Source: Gammaproteobacteria bacterium (lineage in GTDB: Bacteria > Pseudomonadota > Gammaproteobacteria > Ga0077536). Taken from it: 64,000 bases of DNA. Made by a program: the position numbers and the translations under genes. The stretch's first letter is position 1; every line of letters begins with the position of its first letter. Under the pieces are notes generated by a model. That model was not told the origin of the DNA. It worked only from the letters and a program-made list of their open reading frames with translations, and searched no databases. This document shows, piece by piece, positions 28,405 through 39,700 of the stretch. The stretch is taken from contig CAXXLL010000002.1 of NCBI GenBank assembly GCA_963662545.2, positions 1,248,001-1,312,000 on the forward strand, written 5' to 3'.

Positions 28405-29340
28405 TTAACGGATCGCCACCGGATTGATCACGGCCTGCACCGCTCCGACGAAGCGCGGCTGCCCGAGTACGAAGAGGAATTCCCAGCCTTCGTCCTCGGC
28501 GAGCGCACGGGTATCCATGTTCTCGAGCAGGTAAATCCCTTTCTTCGTGATCAATTCCTGGTGTACCGGAAAGACCTGACCCTCGGTTTCGAACGGAATC
28601 ACCTCCACGCCGAAGGTGTCGGCGCCGACCGCGATCACGCCGATCTCGGCAAGGTAGCGCGCGCCGTCAATGCCAACTCCCGGTTCGCCCTTCATGAATC
28701 GGGCGGCGTCTTCGTCGGCGATGTTCTGCCACCCGGTATGAAACAACACCACGTCGCCCTTGCGCAGATCGATGCCCTGCGCCTTGGCGGCGGCCTCGAT
28801 CTCCGCGCGGTTGATCGCGGTGCCCTCGTCCAGGATTTTCTTGCCCTTGAGGCGCGCGATATCCAGCAGCACGCCGCGCGCGACGATGGGCGGAATATCA
28901 GAAATCGAAAACGTGGTGAGCCCGGTAACCTTGGTGAAGTCCTTGGCATGGACGCCGTTGTAGTAGACATGGTTGATGCCGACGTGGCCGAGCCCGTCGA
29001 TCTGGCTGCCGATCCCCAGCCAGGTCATCAACAAATCGTCGTTGCTGGTGAGCTTGTTGTCGCCCCACGGCGTACCGGTACCGTCTTCGAGTTGCAGGAT
29101 AGTCATCTGATACTTGCGCGGGGGATAAGCGGGTGTGTCGGGGCCGGTTTCTACGCCGAGCGCGTAGGTCTTGCCGGTCTTGACGAGCCGCGCGGCTTCG
29201 ATGACTGCGGCCGGCGTCATGCGGTTGACGGCGCCGAGCGTGTCGTGCGGTCCGAATTCCGATGGATACCAGTCTTCGGCCGGGGTCAGCGTGGCAGTGA
29301 ATGCGGCCGTCAACGCGGCCAGCACAATCGGTAGTCTCAA
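28405..29340 (-). CDS. Exported cyclase-family (kynurenine formamidase-like) metal hydrolase
   Basis: Signal peptide; GSQIDGLGH, ARGVLLDIA, GDVVLFHTGW, VGADT, HQEL..GIYLLEN, INPVAIR. Confidence 0.88.
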   Translation of the reverse strand: MRLPIVLAALTAAFTATLTPAEDWYPSEFGPHDTLGAVNRMTPAAVIEAARLVKTGKTYALGVETGPDTPAYPPRKYQMTILQLEDGTGTPWGDNKLTSNDDLLMTWLGIGSQIDGLGHVGINHVYYNGVHAKDFTKVTGLTTFSISDIPPIVARGVLLDIARLKGKKILDEGTAINRAEIEAAAKAQGIDLRKGDVVLFHTGWQNIADEDAARFMKGEPGVGIDGARYLAEIGVIAVGADTFGVEVIPFETEGQVFPVHQELITKKGIYLLENMDTRALAEDEGWEFLFVLGQPRFVGAVQAVINPVAIR

Positions 29341-29389
29341 AATGGCTCTCCCTTCGGCAGTTCGAAAAATCCCGCGACAGTGTACCTAA

Positions 29390-29551
29390 GGAACCTCTGA
29401 AAAAGTCATGGCACATCTGCCTTGCCCATGAAATCGCGCAGCTCCGCGTTACGAAGCTTGCCAATAGTCCCCGCTATTGCCTGCGCTTCGTGCCTTAATC
29501 TGCACAATTGCATGAACAATTCAGACGCACCATGACTTATTCAGAGGTTCC
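29390..29551. mobile_element. Non-autonomous IS5-type MITE (162 bp)
   Basis: TIR GGAACCTCTGAAAAAGTCATGG / CCATGACTTATTCAGAGGTTCC (21/22 match), flanked by a CTAA duplication; no transposase inside. Confidence 0.88.
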
Positions 29552-29583
29552 CTAAATCGATGTTTCGAATGATAAGGGGTTTT

Positions 29584-29663
29584 ATTCGCCCGTAAGCGGG
29601 CCCCTACGCGGGCAGGGTGATTCGCGGTAGTCAGCCATCGTAGGAGCCCGCTTGCGGGCGAAT
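29584..29663. repeat. GTAG-type REP doublet
   Basis: ATTCGCCCGTAAGCGGGCCCCTAC ... GTAGGAGCCCGCTTGCGGGCGAAT in inverted orientation. Confidence 0.88.
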
Positions 29664-29708
29664 TCGGATCAATCTCGTAATTCGGAACATCACACCGGCT
29701 CGGCGTTT

Positions 29709-31088
29709 TCACCACCAGCCTTCGCCTCTCAATTCGGCAAGCGTCTCGTCGAACGCCCCGATCAATGCGTCCACGTGATCCTCGCCCATCGGTGTCGACA
29801 GGGCTGCCATGCCGCGCATCGACACGTGGATCCCCCGGTTGCAGAGACCCAGAAAGGTGAGCAGGGTCAGCTCGGCGTCGCCGGTGTTGGCGCCCCGCGC
29901 ATTGGTCACGGACAGAGTGGTCCAGTGGATCTGGAACAGCGAGCCGGCACCCGTGACCTGGGCCGGTGCTTCGTGCTGGACGATGGCTTGGGCGATGCCG
30001 GAACGCGCCTTTTCGCCCAGGTCATTGATATGACCGATGACCGCTTCATCGAGCATCTGCATCGCCTCGAGTCCGGCGCATACCGATATCGGGTTGGCGC
30101 TGAACGTGCCGAGGTTTGCCACCATGCCGCCTTCCTCCGGTTCGCCGAAGCGCCGCATGAATTCGCGTCGACCACCGATAGCGCCGATCGGAAATCCGCC
30201 GCCGATGATCTTGGCCATGGTCGTCAGATCCGGTTGGATACCGTAGTACCCCTGCGCGCCGCCGAGGGCTATTCGAAGCGTAACGACTTCGTCGCAAATG
30301 AACACGATGCCGGCGCGCTCGGTCTCTGCGCGCAGGACCTTCAGGAACTCGGCGTCGGCCGGGATAACGCCGCCCGCGCCCAGGATCGGTTCGACGAGAA
30401 TCGCCGCCAGTTTGTCGCCGTAGTGGCTGACTGCGTCGCGCACGGCTTGCGGATCGTTGTATCGGATGAGTACGGCGTCTTCGGTGGCCGCGAGCGGCAG
30501 ACCGCCGACGTCGGGCGCCGGCCGGCTGAGACGACGCGGGTCGTCCGGCACCGGCAGATCGTGTCCGCCCACCATGACGAAATCGGACGCCCCGTGATAG
30601 GCGCCCTCGAACAATCCGATCTTGTTGCGGCCGGTGTGCGCCCGCGCACAGCGAAGTGCGACCATTACCGCTTCGGTGCCGGAATTGTTGAACACGACTT
30701 GCTCGATGCTGCCGATCCTTTCACACAACAGTTTCGCGAGTTCGTATTCCTGCGCGCCGGGCGCTGAGTAGGCCGTGCCGCGCGGCAGTTGGTGTTCGAC
30801 TGCGGCGTTGATGCGCGGATGCGCGTGTCCGTGTATCTGCGCTGTGTAGTTATTGTGGAAATCGATCCGAGTATTGTCGTCGAGATCCGTTCCATGCACG
30901 CCTTCGGCATGGGCGAGGTAGAACGGAAAGGGCGGGTGCCTCAGCAGCGCACGCGAGGTGCCGGTGGGCACGTATTCGCGCGCCCGTACGGCGTGCTCGA
31001 AAGATTTCTGGTTCTTTTCGACGAAGCTGCGATGCATGGCAGAATCCTGCACGTCGCGTCGGGCGCCTGGTTTTTCTGTGCTATTCAT
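29709..31088 (-). CDS. Class III PLP aminotransferase (glutamate-1-semialdehyde aminomutase-like)
   Basis: IHGHAHP, FNNSGTEA, FEGAYHG, ILVEP, FICDEV, PDLTTMAKIIGGGFPIGA, GTFSANP. Confidence 0.92.
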   Translation of the reverse strand: MNSTEKPGARRDVQDSAMHRSFVEKNQKSFEHAVRAREYVPTGTSRALLRHPPFPFYLAHAEGVHGTDLDDNTRIDFHNNYTAQIHGHAHPRINAAVEHQLPRGTAYSAPGAQEYELAKLLCERIGSIEQVVFNNSGTEAVMVALRCARAHTGRNKIGLFEGAYHGASDFVMVGGHDLPVPDDPRRLSRPAPDVGGLPLAATEDAVLIRYNDPQAVRDAVSHYGDKLAAILVEPILGAGGVIPADAEFLKVLRAETERAGIVFICDEVVTLRIALGGAQGYYGIQPDLTTMAKIIGGGFPIGAIGGRREFMRRFGEPEEGGMVANLGTFSANPISVCAGLEAMQMLDEAVIGHINDLGEKARSGIAQAIVQHEAPAQVTGAGSLFQIHWTTLSVTNARGANTGDAELTLLTFLGLCNRGIHVSMRGMAALSTPMGEDHVDALIGAFDETLAELRGEGWW

Positions 31089-31167
31089 TGATTGAATCCT
31101 TCTGAATATGTGCCGCCTAACCGCGAACCGGTGTTTGCCTGAGAGCAGGCATCTGATCATTCATTCC

Positions 31168-31372
31168 GTGCCTGCCATCCATGGCGTTGCGCATTAATAT
31201 CGGTGCCTGCCGTCCATGGCGCGACGCATTCGCCTTCGTTTGGCCCCGGCCCGGCCATTCATGGCCGGGCGCTCGCTGGGAGAAAGCCACTTTAAGTGGC
31301 TTTATCTTTTTCCAGCTCGCCCCAGCCCGCACATCTTTGTGCGGCCGCTCGTCGGGAGAAAGCCATGCTAAA
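31168..31372 (-). repeat. Interspersed palindromic repeat (copy B, two internal units)
   Basis: Two GGCTTTCTCCC..CGAGCG.CCG...CGGGC units and two CGCCATGGA.GGCAGGCAC units, homologous to 27408-27501. Confidence 0.75.
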
Positions 31373-31591
31373 TGGCTTTCTCTTTCTCCGACTCGCGCCG
31401 AGCGGCAATCAGAATTGTCCACTGCCGTCCGTTACGAATGCAATGCCCTTATCGTCGGCGGTTTCATACTTGCACAGTGAAACCAATCATGCCGCCATGG
31501 TGTCTATTACCAAGGTGCTGAAAACGAATACCTGTTTTTTCAACACTCGTCAGGACATTGGCTGATTTCAAGCAACGGGGTTCTCCATTCC

Positions 31592-33427
31592 ATGAAGCGC
31601 AAATCGTCCCTTCTCGCTCTCTTTCTCATCGCGTTCAGCAGCACTTGCATCGCCGCCGAACACGTTCAATGGCGGTCCTGGGAGGCGGACGCATTCGCCG
31701 AAGCGAAGAAACGCAAGCTGCCGATCCTCGTCAACGTCGGTCACGAAGGCTGCACGGCGTGCCGCATGATGGAGGAAAACACCTATTCCAACGGCGAGGT
31801 GATCGCCTTGTTGAACGATCACTTCATAGCGATTCAGGTCGATTGTGAAGCACGCCCCGATATCGGTGAACGCTATTCCGACTGGGCCTGGCCGGCGACG
31901 GCCTTTCTCAAACCCGACGGCACCCAGGTCTTCGCCATGCGTGGCAGCCGGCGCCCCGGGGACTTCAAAAACCTGTTGAAACGCGTCATCGAGCGCCACC
32001 AGGCGGGCGAACTCAGAACTGATGATCTGGCGCCCTACGGCGCTCCGAAGGTCGCGCGCGAAGGCCCGCTTGCAGACATCCTCGCGCAGGTCCGCGAGCA
32101 ACTCGACGACAGCTTCGACCAGGATCGCGGTGGCTGGGGACAGGCCAAGGTCCTGGAATATGCCGAACCCAGCTTGCAGCTTTTTCTGCGCGGCCACCTT
32201 CATGATGACAAGATTTCCGAGCGCCGCGCGGTCAAAACCGCGCAGGGATTTCTCGCACAGATGGATTCGGTCTGGGGCGGTATGTTTTACGCGTCTTTCG
32301 GGCGCTGGGACCAGGTCGTACGCGAATTGCGCCTGGAGAGTCAGGCGGCCGCCCTGCAGTTATTCGCCGATGCATTGCAGACGACCGGAGATGCTCGGTT
32401 CGCCCGGGGACTCGACGGCATTCACCGGTATCTGACCGGCATGATGGCGTCGCCCCGCGGTACCTTTTATGCCAATCAGAAGGATGTCGTTGCTGGTTTG
32501 TCCTCAGGTATGAGCGTCGACGACTACTACGAACTCGACGACGAAGGACGGCGGGTGATCGGTGTTCCGTTTATCGATCGCGCGGTCTATACCGATGTCA
32601 ACGGCCGCGCCATCACCGGACTCGTACGCGCCTTCGAGGCGACCGGCGAGGCGCGCTACCTAGATACCGCCGTCCGCGCGGCCAAGGTCTTGGTCGACGA
32701 GCGGCAGACCGATGACGGCTGGATGCTTCAGTTCGAAGCCGATCAGGATCTCCGCACCGTCAAGCGCGTGCGCCGGGTCGACGTAACAGGCTATCCCTAC
32801 CTGCGCGCGCAGGCGCAATTCGGACTCGCCGCGCTGGCCTTATTCCAGGCGACGGGCGAGGAGTCGTGGCATGTTACGGCCAATCGCGTTGCTGACGGTT
32901 TGAAAAAGACCTTGCTGGATACCGAACTCGGCGGCTTCTTCGGCGGTGCGGCGAGCGAGGTCGATGCCGTCGTTGGCCGCCGCAAGCCGCTCGAAGACAA
33001 CGCGGTGGCCGCGCGCTTTGTGTATCTACTGGGCGTGTTGAACAAGGATGACGATCTCAGAAACGAGGCCGAGCGCGCGATCCGCGCCGTTGCCTCACCC
33101 GAGATCGTCAGCCGTGAAGGACGCATTACCGGCAATCTTGCTGTCGCGCTCGAACTCATCACCAGCGGTTACGTCGAATTTTCAGTGGTCGGGGAGCCGG
33201 ACGATGCACGCGCGCAGGCCCTGATCGCGGCCGCCCGCAGCATCTACGAACCGCGCAAGGTCGTTCACTTCGAAAAGCCCGGCCGCTATCCGGATCGCGG
33301 CTACCCGGCGATGTATATCTGTAACGACGACCAGTGCTCGCTGCCGATATCGGATCCGACCACGGTTGCGACGCAGGCGCGGCAGTTCAAGCCGGCGGTG
33401 ATGCGGAAGGTCGCAGCGATGCGATAG
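31592..33427 (+). CDS. Exported DUF255/YyaL-like thioredoxin-domain protein
   Basis: Signal peptide; W..W..EAFAEAK..KPIL..G..GCTACRMME..TY, ARPD..RY..WAWPAT.FL.PDG; helical C-part; YICND..CSLP. Confidence 0.88.
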   Translation: MKRKSSLLALFLIAFSSTCIAAEHVQWRSWEADAFAEAKKRKLPILVNVGHEGCTACRMMEENTYSNGEVIALLNDHFIAIQVDCEARPDIGERYSDWAWPATAFLKPDGTQVFAMRGSRRPGDFKNLLKRVIERHQAGELRTDDLAPYGAPKVAREGPLADILAQVREQLDDSFDQDRGGWGQAKVLEYAEPSLQLFLRGHLHDDKISERRAVKTAQGFLAQMDSVWGGMFYASFGRWDQVVRELRLESQAAALQLFADALQTTGDARFARGLDGIHRYLTGMMASPRGTFYANQKDVVAGLSSGMSVDDYYELDDEGRRVIGVPFIDRAVYTDVNGRAITGLVRAFEATGEARYLDTAVRAAKVLVDERQTDDGWMLQFEADQDLRTVKRVRRVDVTGYPYLRAQAQFGLAALALFQATGEESWHVTANRVADGLKKTLLDTELGGFFGGAASEVDAVVGRRKPLEDNAVAARFVYLLGVLNKDDDLRNEAERAIRAVASPEIVSREGRITGNLAVALELITSGYVEFSVVGEPDDARAQALIAAARSIYEPRKVVHFEKPGRYPDRGYPAMYICNDDQCSLPISDPTTVATQARQFKPAVMRKVAAMR

Positions 33428-33451
33428 GTTTCAGTATGCAACCGGGCCGCG

Positions 33452-33518
33452 TTCGCCCGCAAGCGGGGCTCCTACAGTGGCTGGATCAAACTCCGTAGGA
33501 GCCCGCTTGCGGGCGAAT
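33452..33518. repeat. GTAG-type REP doublet
   Basis: TTCGCCCGCAAGCGGGGCTCCTAC ... GTAGGAGCCCGCTTGCGGGCGAAT between convergent genes. Confidence 0.9.
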
Positions 33519-33529
33519 ATCTAGGTGTC

Positions 33530-34030
33530 TCACTCGCCCGCCACGACCTCGAATCCCGCGTGTTCGATGAGTGCGTCGGCTTCGCCGCCCGGCACCCAGA
33601 TCACGACGGCCCTGACCGGGACGTCGGATAAGACCGCATGCTTGACGCTATCGCCGGGTTTAACGAATCCCACTTCACCGGGCGCGAGCCGGTGGGCCTT
33701 GCCGTTGACTTCGTGGCCGAGCACGCCTTCAAGGACGTAGAAGATCTCGAGCGCGCCATGCTGATGCACGCCGCCTTCGCCGTAGGCGACGGGGAGAAAC
33801 AATTCGCCGACCTCGACCTTGTCGCGCCCGAGGTTGCTCGCATCGACCAGCATCTTGATCTTGACGCCCTCCAGGGCCAAGGTGCGCGTGCCCGTGCTGC
33901 GCGCGTCATACGCTGCGTTGCCGGCGGACGCACCGGCGTCATGCGTGTCCTCACCATGAGCCAGGCCGGACCCTGTGTGCAGAAGACATAAAAGCGCCGT
34001 CATGGTCAGGACTAATCGTTCATTGTGCAT
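33530..34030 (-). CDS. Exported cupin-domain protein
   Basis: Signal peptide ending AHG; HQHGALEIFYVLEG..H.VNG..L.PGE..VKPGD.V.H. Confidence 0.85.
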   Translation of the reverse strand: MHNERLVLTMTALLCLLHTGSGLAHGEDTHDAGASAGNAAYDARSTGTRTLALEGVKIKMLVDASNLGRDKVEVGELFLPVAYGEGGVHQHGALEIFYVLEGVLGHEVNGKAHRLAPGEVGFVKPGDSVKHAVLSDVPVRAVVIWVPGGEADALIEHAGFEVVAGE

Positions 34031-34063
34031 GGTGGTTAAAACCCCTCTGTGGATTGATTGACT

Positions 34064-34810
34064 TCATTGCCGGGTCCCGGCCTTGTCGCCGGAATCACCC
34101 CAGATGTCGCCGAGCCACGACGGGACCGCGCCCAGTGCGTCGCGAAAGCCATCGAGGTCGTAATGCCCGTTCGCGTCGACCCGGGTCAGGCGTACCGGAC
34201 AACCACTAGCCTGTAGGTCGGCGACCAAGGATTCCAGGCGCGTCATCTCGAACAACTCGTCGCTTGCCGTATGAAAAGTGGAGATCGGCACGGTGCAAGC
34301 GAGGTCGCCGTTGGGGAAGCCCGATACAGGAACCGCCGCCGAGAACATCTCGGGGTAGTGCGTGACGTAATGCCAGGCGCCGATCGCGCCCATGCTGTAG
34401 CCGGTGACGATGATGCGCGCGCTATCGACATCGTAGGTTTTAATCAGCGTGTCGATGAGACGCATGACAAAGGCTTCGTTTTCTTCAGTGTGCCACTGCC
34501 CGTTGATCGATTCGGGCGCGACATAGACGGCGTGGAGGGGGCGGAAGGCCGGTTCGACCAGTTCTTCGAGCAGCGGGCGTCCGTAGAATCGCGTCGGCGT
34601 GCCCGCGTAATGCAGGACGAGGACGAGAGGCAGTCCCAGGCCGCTGCGAGGCTCGGGTAGCGATAGCGTGAATCGAGCCGTGCGGCCGCCGTCCAGTTTG
34701 GATTCCACATCGTAGATGCCGGGCGCGGACGGGAGAGCGCGATCGGCCCCGTCGCCGTGGGCGATGCCGGAGATCAGCCACAACATGAGGGTTATCTTAA
34801 GCGGCATCAT
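34064..34810 (-). CDS. Exported alpha/beta-hydrolase (esterase-like)
   Basis: PLVLVLH, DSARIIVTGYSMGA (GxSxG), H...DE, GHY; signal peptide. Confidence 0.82.
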   Translation of the reverse strand: MMPLKITLMLWLISGIAHGDGADRALPSAPGIYDVESKLDGGRTARFTLSLPEPRSGLGLPLVLVLHYAGTPTRFYGRPLLEELVEPAFRPLHAVYVAPESINGQWHTEENEAFVMRLIDTLIKTYDVDSARIIVTGYSMGAIGAWHYVTHYPEMFSAAVPVSGFPNGDLACTVPISTFHTASDELFEMTRLESLVADLQASGCPVRLTRVDANGHYDLDGFRDALGAVPSWLGDIWGDSGDKAGTRQ

Positions 34811-35061
34811 TGATACGGCGATAAGTTATTGTTGAGAAAGAATAAATTACAATAATCCAAGTCCGACAAAGCGCTCGCTCGGCGCTCGTGCAACTGCCTG
34901 CGATCGGCGTAGTATTCAATCAGACCTCCGAGGACGCCCGCCGCTTCGACCGAGCCCAAACGTCGTGCGGGCGGCATATAAAAGAATAATGTCAGGATTT
35001 TACAATAAGCCCTTATAAACTATAATAAAATCCCGTCGAGGTTCGTCATCGCTACAGGGGA

Positions 35062-36641
35062 ATGGGGACGATTTTCAAAAGTACGCTACGGGTCTTTTTG
35101 ATCGGGGTCATCGCGCTTGCGGCGTGGGCCGAAGAGATCCCCGTCGTGCGCTTCACGGTCAGCGGCTTTCAGGTGACTGGCGAAAACCCCGTCGACGCCG
35201 CCGAAACCGAACGCATTCTCGCCGAGTACACGGGCGAGTACGCGGGCCTCGACGGGTTGCTCGCGGTCGTCGACGCCTTCCAGTCCGAACTCAATGCACG
35301 CGGCTTCGCCTTTCGCCGCGTGATCCTGCCGCCGCAGACCCTCGACGGCGGGATCGTGACCCTGAAGATCGTGCTGATCAAGCTCGCCAGCGTCACCGTC
35401 GCCGGCGCCGAGCATTTCTCCGAAGCCAATATCTTGCGCAGCGTGCCGGCGCTCCGCCCGGATCTCTCGCCGGACCAGGACCTTTTGAGCGGCAGCCTCG
35501 AACTCGCCAACCGGCACCCCTCAAGCAGGTTTCGGTGCGCCTGCGCGAGAGCGAGCAGGTCGACGCCGTGGACGCCATCATCGACGTCCAGGATCGGCGC
35601 CCGTGGCAGTTGTTCACCTTGCTCAACAACATCGGTACGCGCGACACCGGGCGCACACGGGTTACTTTCGGCGCCCAGCACAGCAACCTGTTCGATCGGG
35701 ATCACAGCCTGGTGGTGTCGTACACGACCTCGCCGGAAAACCAGAAGGACGTCATGCAGGCGGGCGCGAGCTACGATCTACCGCTGTATTTCGCGCGCAG
35801 CAAGCTGTCCGCGTTCTTTTCGGAATCCGACGTCAGCGTCGGCGAGGTCAGCGGTTTCGACATCAGCGGTGCGGGCCGCTTCTGGGGCGTGTCACTGACG
35901 CGCCTGCTGAAGCGCCGCGGCAGCTATTCGCACGAATGGCGGCTCGGGATCCAGGACCGGTTCTTCGAAAACGACGTCAATTTCATCGCCGCCGGCACCC
36001 GTGTGCCGCTCGGCGTCAACGTGCGCAGCTACCCGGTCACGGTGGGCTACAGCGGGCAATACGAAACAAGTACCTGGAACATCGGCTTCAACGTCGATTA
36101 CTCGCGCAACCTCGGCTTTGGCGACCGCAACAACGATGCAATCTATGAAGTCTCGCGCGCTGGCGCGAGCTCCGGCTGGGACGCGCTCCGCTTCGATGCA
36201 GCGGTGAACTATTTTTTGCCCTGGGACCTGCTCGCCCGGTTCGAGGTCAACGGGCAGTGGTCGAACGAACCCTTGATCGCCGGCGAGCAGTTCGGCCTGG
36301 GTGGGGCGCGCTCGATCCGCGGATTGGACGAACGGGTGGTGCTGGGGGACAGCGGCTTTCGCCTGGGTACGGAGATCTGGTCGCCGCCGATCCCCTACGC
36401 CTTGGGATTGCGGCTGCTGGGATTCGTCGACCTGGGTTTCATCGACCGCGCCGAGGCACTGCCGGGTGAAGTGGAATCGGACACGGTGTCGAGCGCGGGC
36501 TTGGGGCTGCGCTGGCAATGGCGCGGACTGAGCGTGAACCTGGATTACGGCCATACGCTGGCCGAGGGCGAAGGCCTGACGGCGCTGGCGGACGACAGCT
36601 ATGGCGTGCGCTGGCATTTCAATGTTTTTTACACTTTTTAA
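35062..36641 (+). CDS. ShlB/FhaC/HecB two-partner secretion transporter (TpsB); -1 frameshift at ~35517-35520
   Basis: POTRA (F.V.G.N..RVILPPQTLDGGIVTL) in frame 35062. Barrel (NNIGT..TG..R, NLFDRDH, EQFGLGGARSIRG, SAGLGLRW, C-terminal F) in frame 35124. One extra C in CACCCCTC would join them. Confidence 0.9.
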
Positions 36642-36753
36642 CATTTGCTCAACATCTGCGCGCAATGGTTCGCAGTTGGGCACGCACAAAACGGTAGAAT
36701 TGGCCAGCAATAAGAACAATTTAGGCTCCCGCACCGTGACACCTAGGGAGGGT

Positions 36754-39700
36754 GTGTACTTGCGACGAACGGCAAGTCTCTACGGCCTCATCCTCGGCTT
36801 GCTCGTCGGGTCGCCGGCGCTCGCCAATCCGCAGGGGGGCGTCGCGGTGCACGGCCAGGTATCGGGGCTGCCCGCGCCCGGTGTCAACGTCCCGAACCTG
36901 CGCATCACCAACTCCCCGAGTTCGATCATCAACTGGCAGTCGTTCGGCATTCGTCCGGGCGAGATCACCCAGTTCATCCAGCAGAGCGCGCAGTCGGCCG
37001 TTCTGAATCGCGTGGTCGGCGGGAACCTCTCGCAACTCATGGGTCAATTGAAATCGAACGGCCGCGTGTTCCTGCTCAATCCGAACGGCATCATCGTCGG
37101 GCAGGGCGCGGTGATCAATACGGCCCGTTTCATCGCCTCGACCCTCGACATGACCGACGAGGATTTCATCGCCGGCAAACTGCGGTTCACGGGTGACGGC
37201 AATTCCGGTTCCATCGAGAACCGGGGATTCATCAAGGCGAACGACCAGGGCGACATCCTCCTGGTTGCGCCGTCCATTCGTAACGAAGGCACACTCTCGA
37301 CCGACGGCGGTCGGCTGATTCTGGCAGCCGGAGAATCGGTCACGATCACAAGCCTCGACGACGTCAAGGTGCAGTTCGAGATCCAGGCGCCCGACAACGA
37401 GGTCGTCAATCTTGGGGAGATGATCACTTCGGGCGGTGCCGCTGCGGTATTCGCCGGCACAATTCGCAACAGCGGAACCGTCAATGCGAACAGCATCGCC
37501 GTCGACTCGCAAGGTCGCATCCAGCTGGTAGCGAAATCCGATCTCACGCTCGAACAAAGTTCGGTCCTCACGGCGGATGGCCCCGCGGGCGGTGTTATCG
37601 AAGTCGTAAGTGCGGAGGCGACGACTATCGTCCGTGGCGAGCTCTCGGCCGAGGGGGCTGCTGACGTGGGCGGACGCATCCATTTGCTGGGCGATCGCGT
37701 CGGCGTTGGTGCCGGTACGGAAATTTCAGTAGTTGGCGAAACGGGAGGCGGTGAAATTCTCGTCGGTGGTGACTATCAGGGTGTGGGCGATACACCCACC
37801 GCGAGTCAAACCTTTGTCGGGCCCGACGCGATATTGCAAGCCGATGCAGCCGCAAGTGGTGATGGGGGCAAGATCATCGTCTGGGCGGACGAGGCGACGC
37901 GCTTCTACGGTCAGGCAAGTGCGCGCGGCGGTGAAGAATCGGGTGATGGTGGCTTCGTCGAGATCTCCGGTAAGCACCATCTGAAATTCGAGGGCGAGGT
38001 TGATACCACGGCGGCGAATGGACAAACGGGCACCCTGCTGCTGGATCCCGACGACATCGTCATCCACAACGGCGGCGGCCAGCTCGATGACGGCGAGATC
38101 GGTTTCGCCGACGGCCTGATCGACTTCGCCGACGGCGGCTCCGTGACCTTCGATATCTCGGAGCTCGCGGTCGAAGGTATCGGCTCAGCGACGAACGTGA
38201 TTTTTCGCGCCAACAACAGCATCACGATCAATTCCTTGACGAGCGACGGCGTGCTCAGCCTGGACCAGACGACCACGGTGACCTTCGAGACGGGCGCCGG
38301 CGGTTTCACGATGAGCAGTTTCGATGAGATCGACCTGACCGGAGGCGCGTCACTGACCATTGACGCCACCGCGGGCACTGGCTCTGGTGGCGTGACGATC
38401 GGGAGCATCACGACGACATCGTTCGGCGCGGTCGATATTACCGGAACCTCGATCCAGATCGACGGCGCCGTCATCACCGATTCCGGGGCCATCACTTTCA
38501 CCGCCACGGCGGGCGACATCAATCTAGACACGGTCAATACAAACACGGGCGCTATCATCATCAACGCATTGTCCGATATCAACGTGGCCGCCGATCTTAG
38601 GGTCACGACCAGTACGGGATCGATCAATCTCGACGCTGATACCGACGGAGACGGGACCGGTACGCTGACGGTTCAAGACGGTGCGACGCTCAGCAAGGCG
38701 GGGCTCGGGGTTCTGACCATCACCGCGGCCGATATCGATTTGCAGACGACGGGCGCCATTGATGCCGACCAGGGTCAGATTCAAATATTCGCGACGAACA
38801 ACGGCAACATATCGGTCGGCACTTCGACTTCGAGTTGCGGTGGCGCCTGCGAGATGATCATCGACGCATCCGAACTGAGCCGTATAACGATCGCCAACCC
38901 CGGACTGTCGATGACGGTCGGTGACAACACGCATGCAGGCATCTTCGTCGGTCCGATTACGGAGCCGCAGAGCAACGGTATTACCGGAGGCATATTCATT
39001 CAATCAGGCGGCAGCGTTACGTTCGAGGGCGTAGCGACCTTTAACGAGCTATCCGCATTCGCGGACCAGGGGGTTTTTGTCAACTTCGATCTGGACACCG
39101 ATGCCGGCAGCCTGGCGCTCGATGGAGATAACGATCTTGTCGGAGGACACGTCATCAGCGTCGCCGACGGTGTGACTATCGCCTCACGCAGCCTGGGCGG
39201 GTTCATCAACCTCGTGAGCGCTACGGATGTCGCCGCGGGCGCAGCGGGTGCCACCTTTATCTCGGACGGCACCATTCAGATCAGCGGCGATTTCGATAGT
39301 ACGGGGCAGACAGGATTCCTCACCTTCTCACTGGACGACGATGATAATGGCGCAGGTAATTTCAACGCCATCGGCGGCGCGAATCTGACGTTCGGCGCAG
39401 CCGAAGTCGTGATTATCGCCGACGACATCGTGATCGGGGCGGCGGGGTCGCTGTCCGGCACCAACCGTTTGAAGTTCGAACCCGCGGACATGGTGACCTC
39501 GATCGGCGTGGGGCAGGCAGGCGACATGACCATCGACGCGACTGAAATTGGATTGATCGCCGACGGATTTGCGGTTGGGTGGTCGATTGGCGTCGGCGGG
39601 TACACGGGTTCAATCGATATCGGCACGGTCAGCTTCAGCGATCCGATCGAGTTTCTCGCAACCGGGGCCGGTGGCAGCATCTCGGTGAACGGTACCTTGA

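Noticed and set aside
29709-31088. Calling the aminotransferase hemL
   Set aside because: Only family-level motifs; the N-terminus lacks the typical HemL PGGVNSPVR and there is no haem-pathway context.
34860-35060. Riboswitch (e.g. c-di-GMP) upstream of tpsB
   Set aside because: A GC hairpin is present but no recognisable aptamer consensus could be matched by eye.
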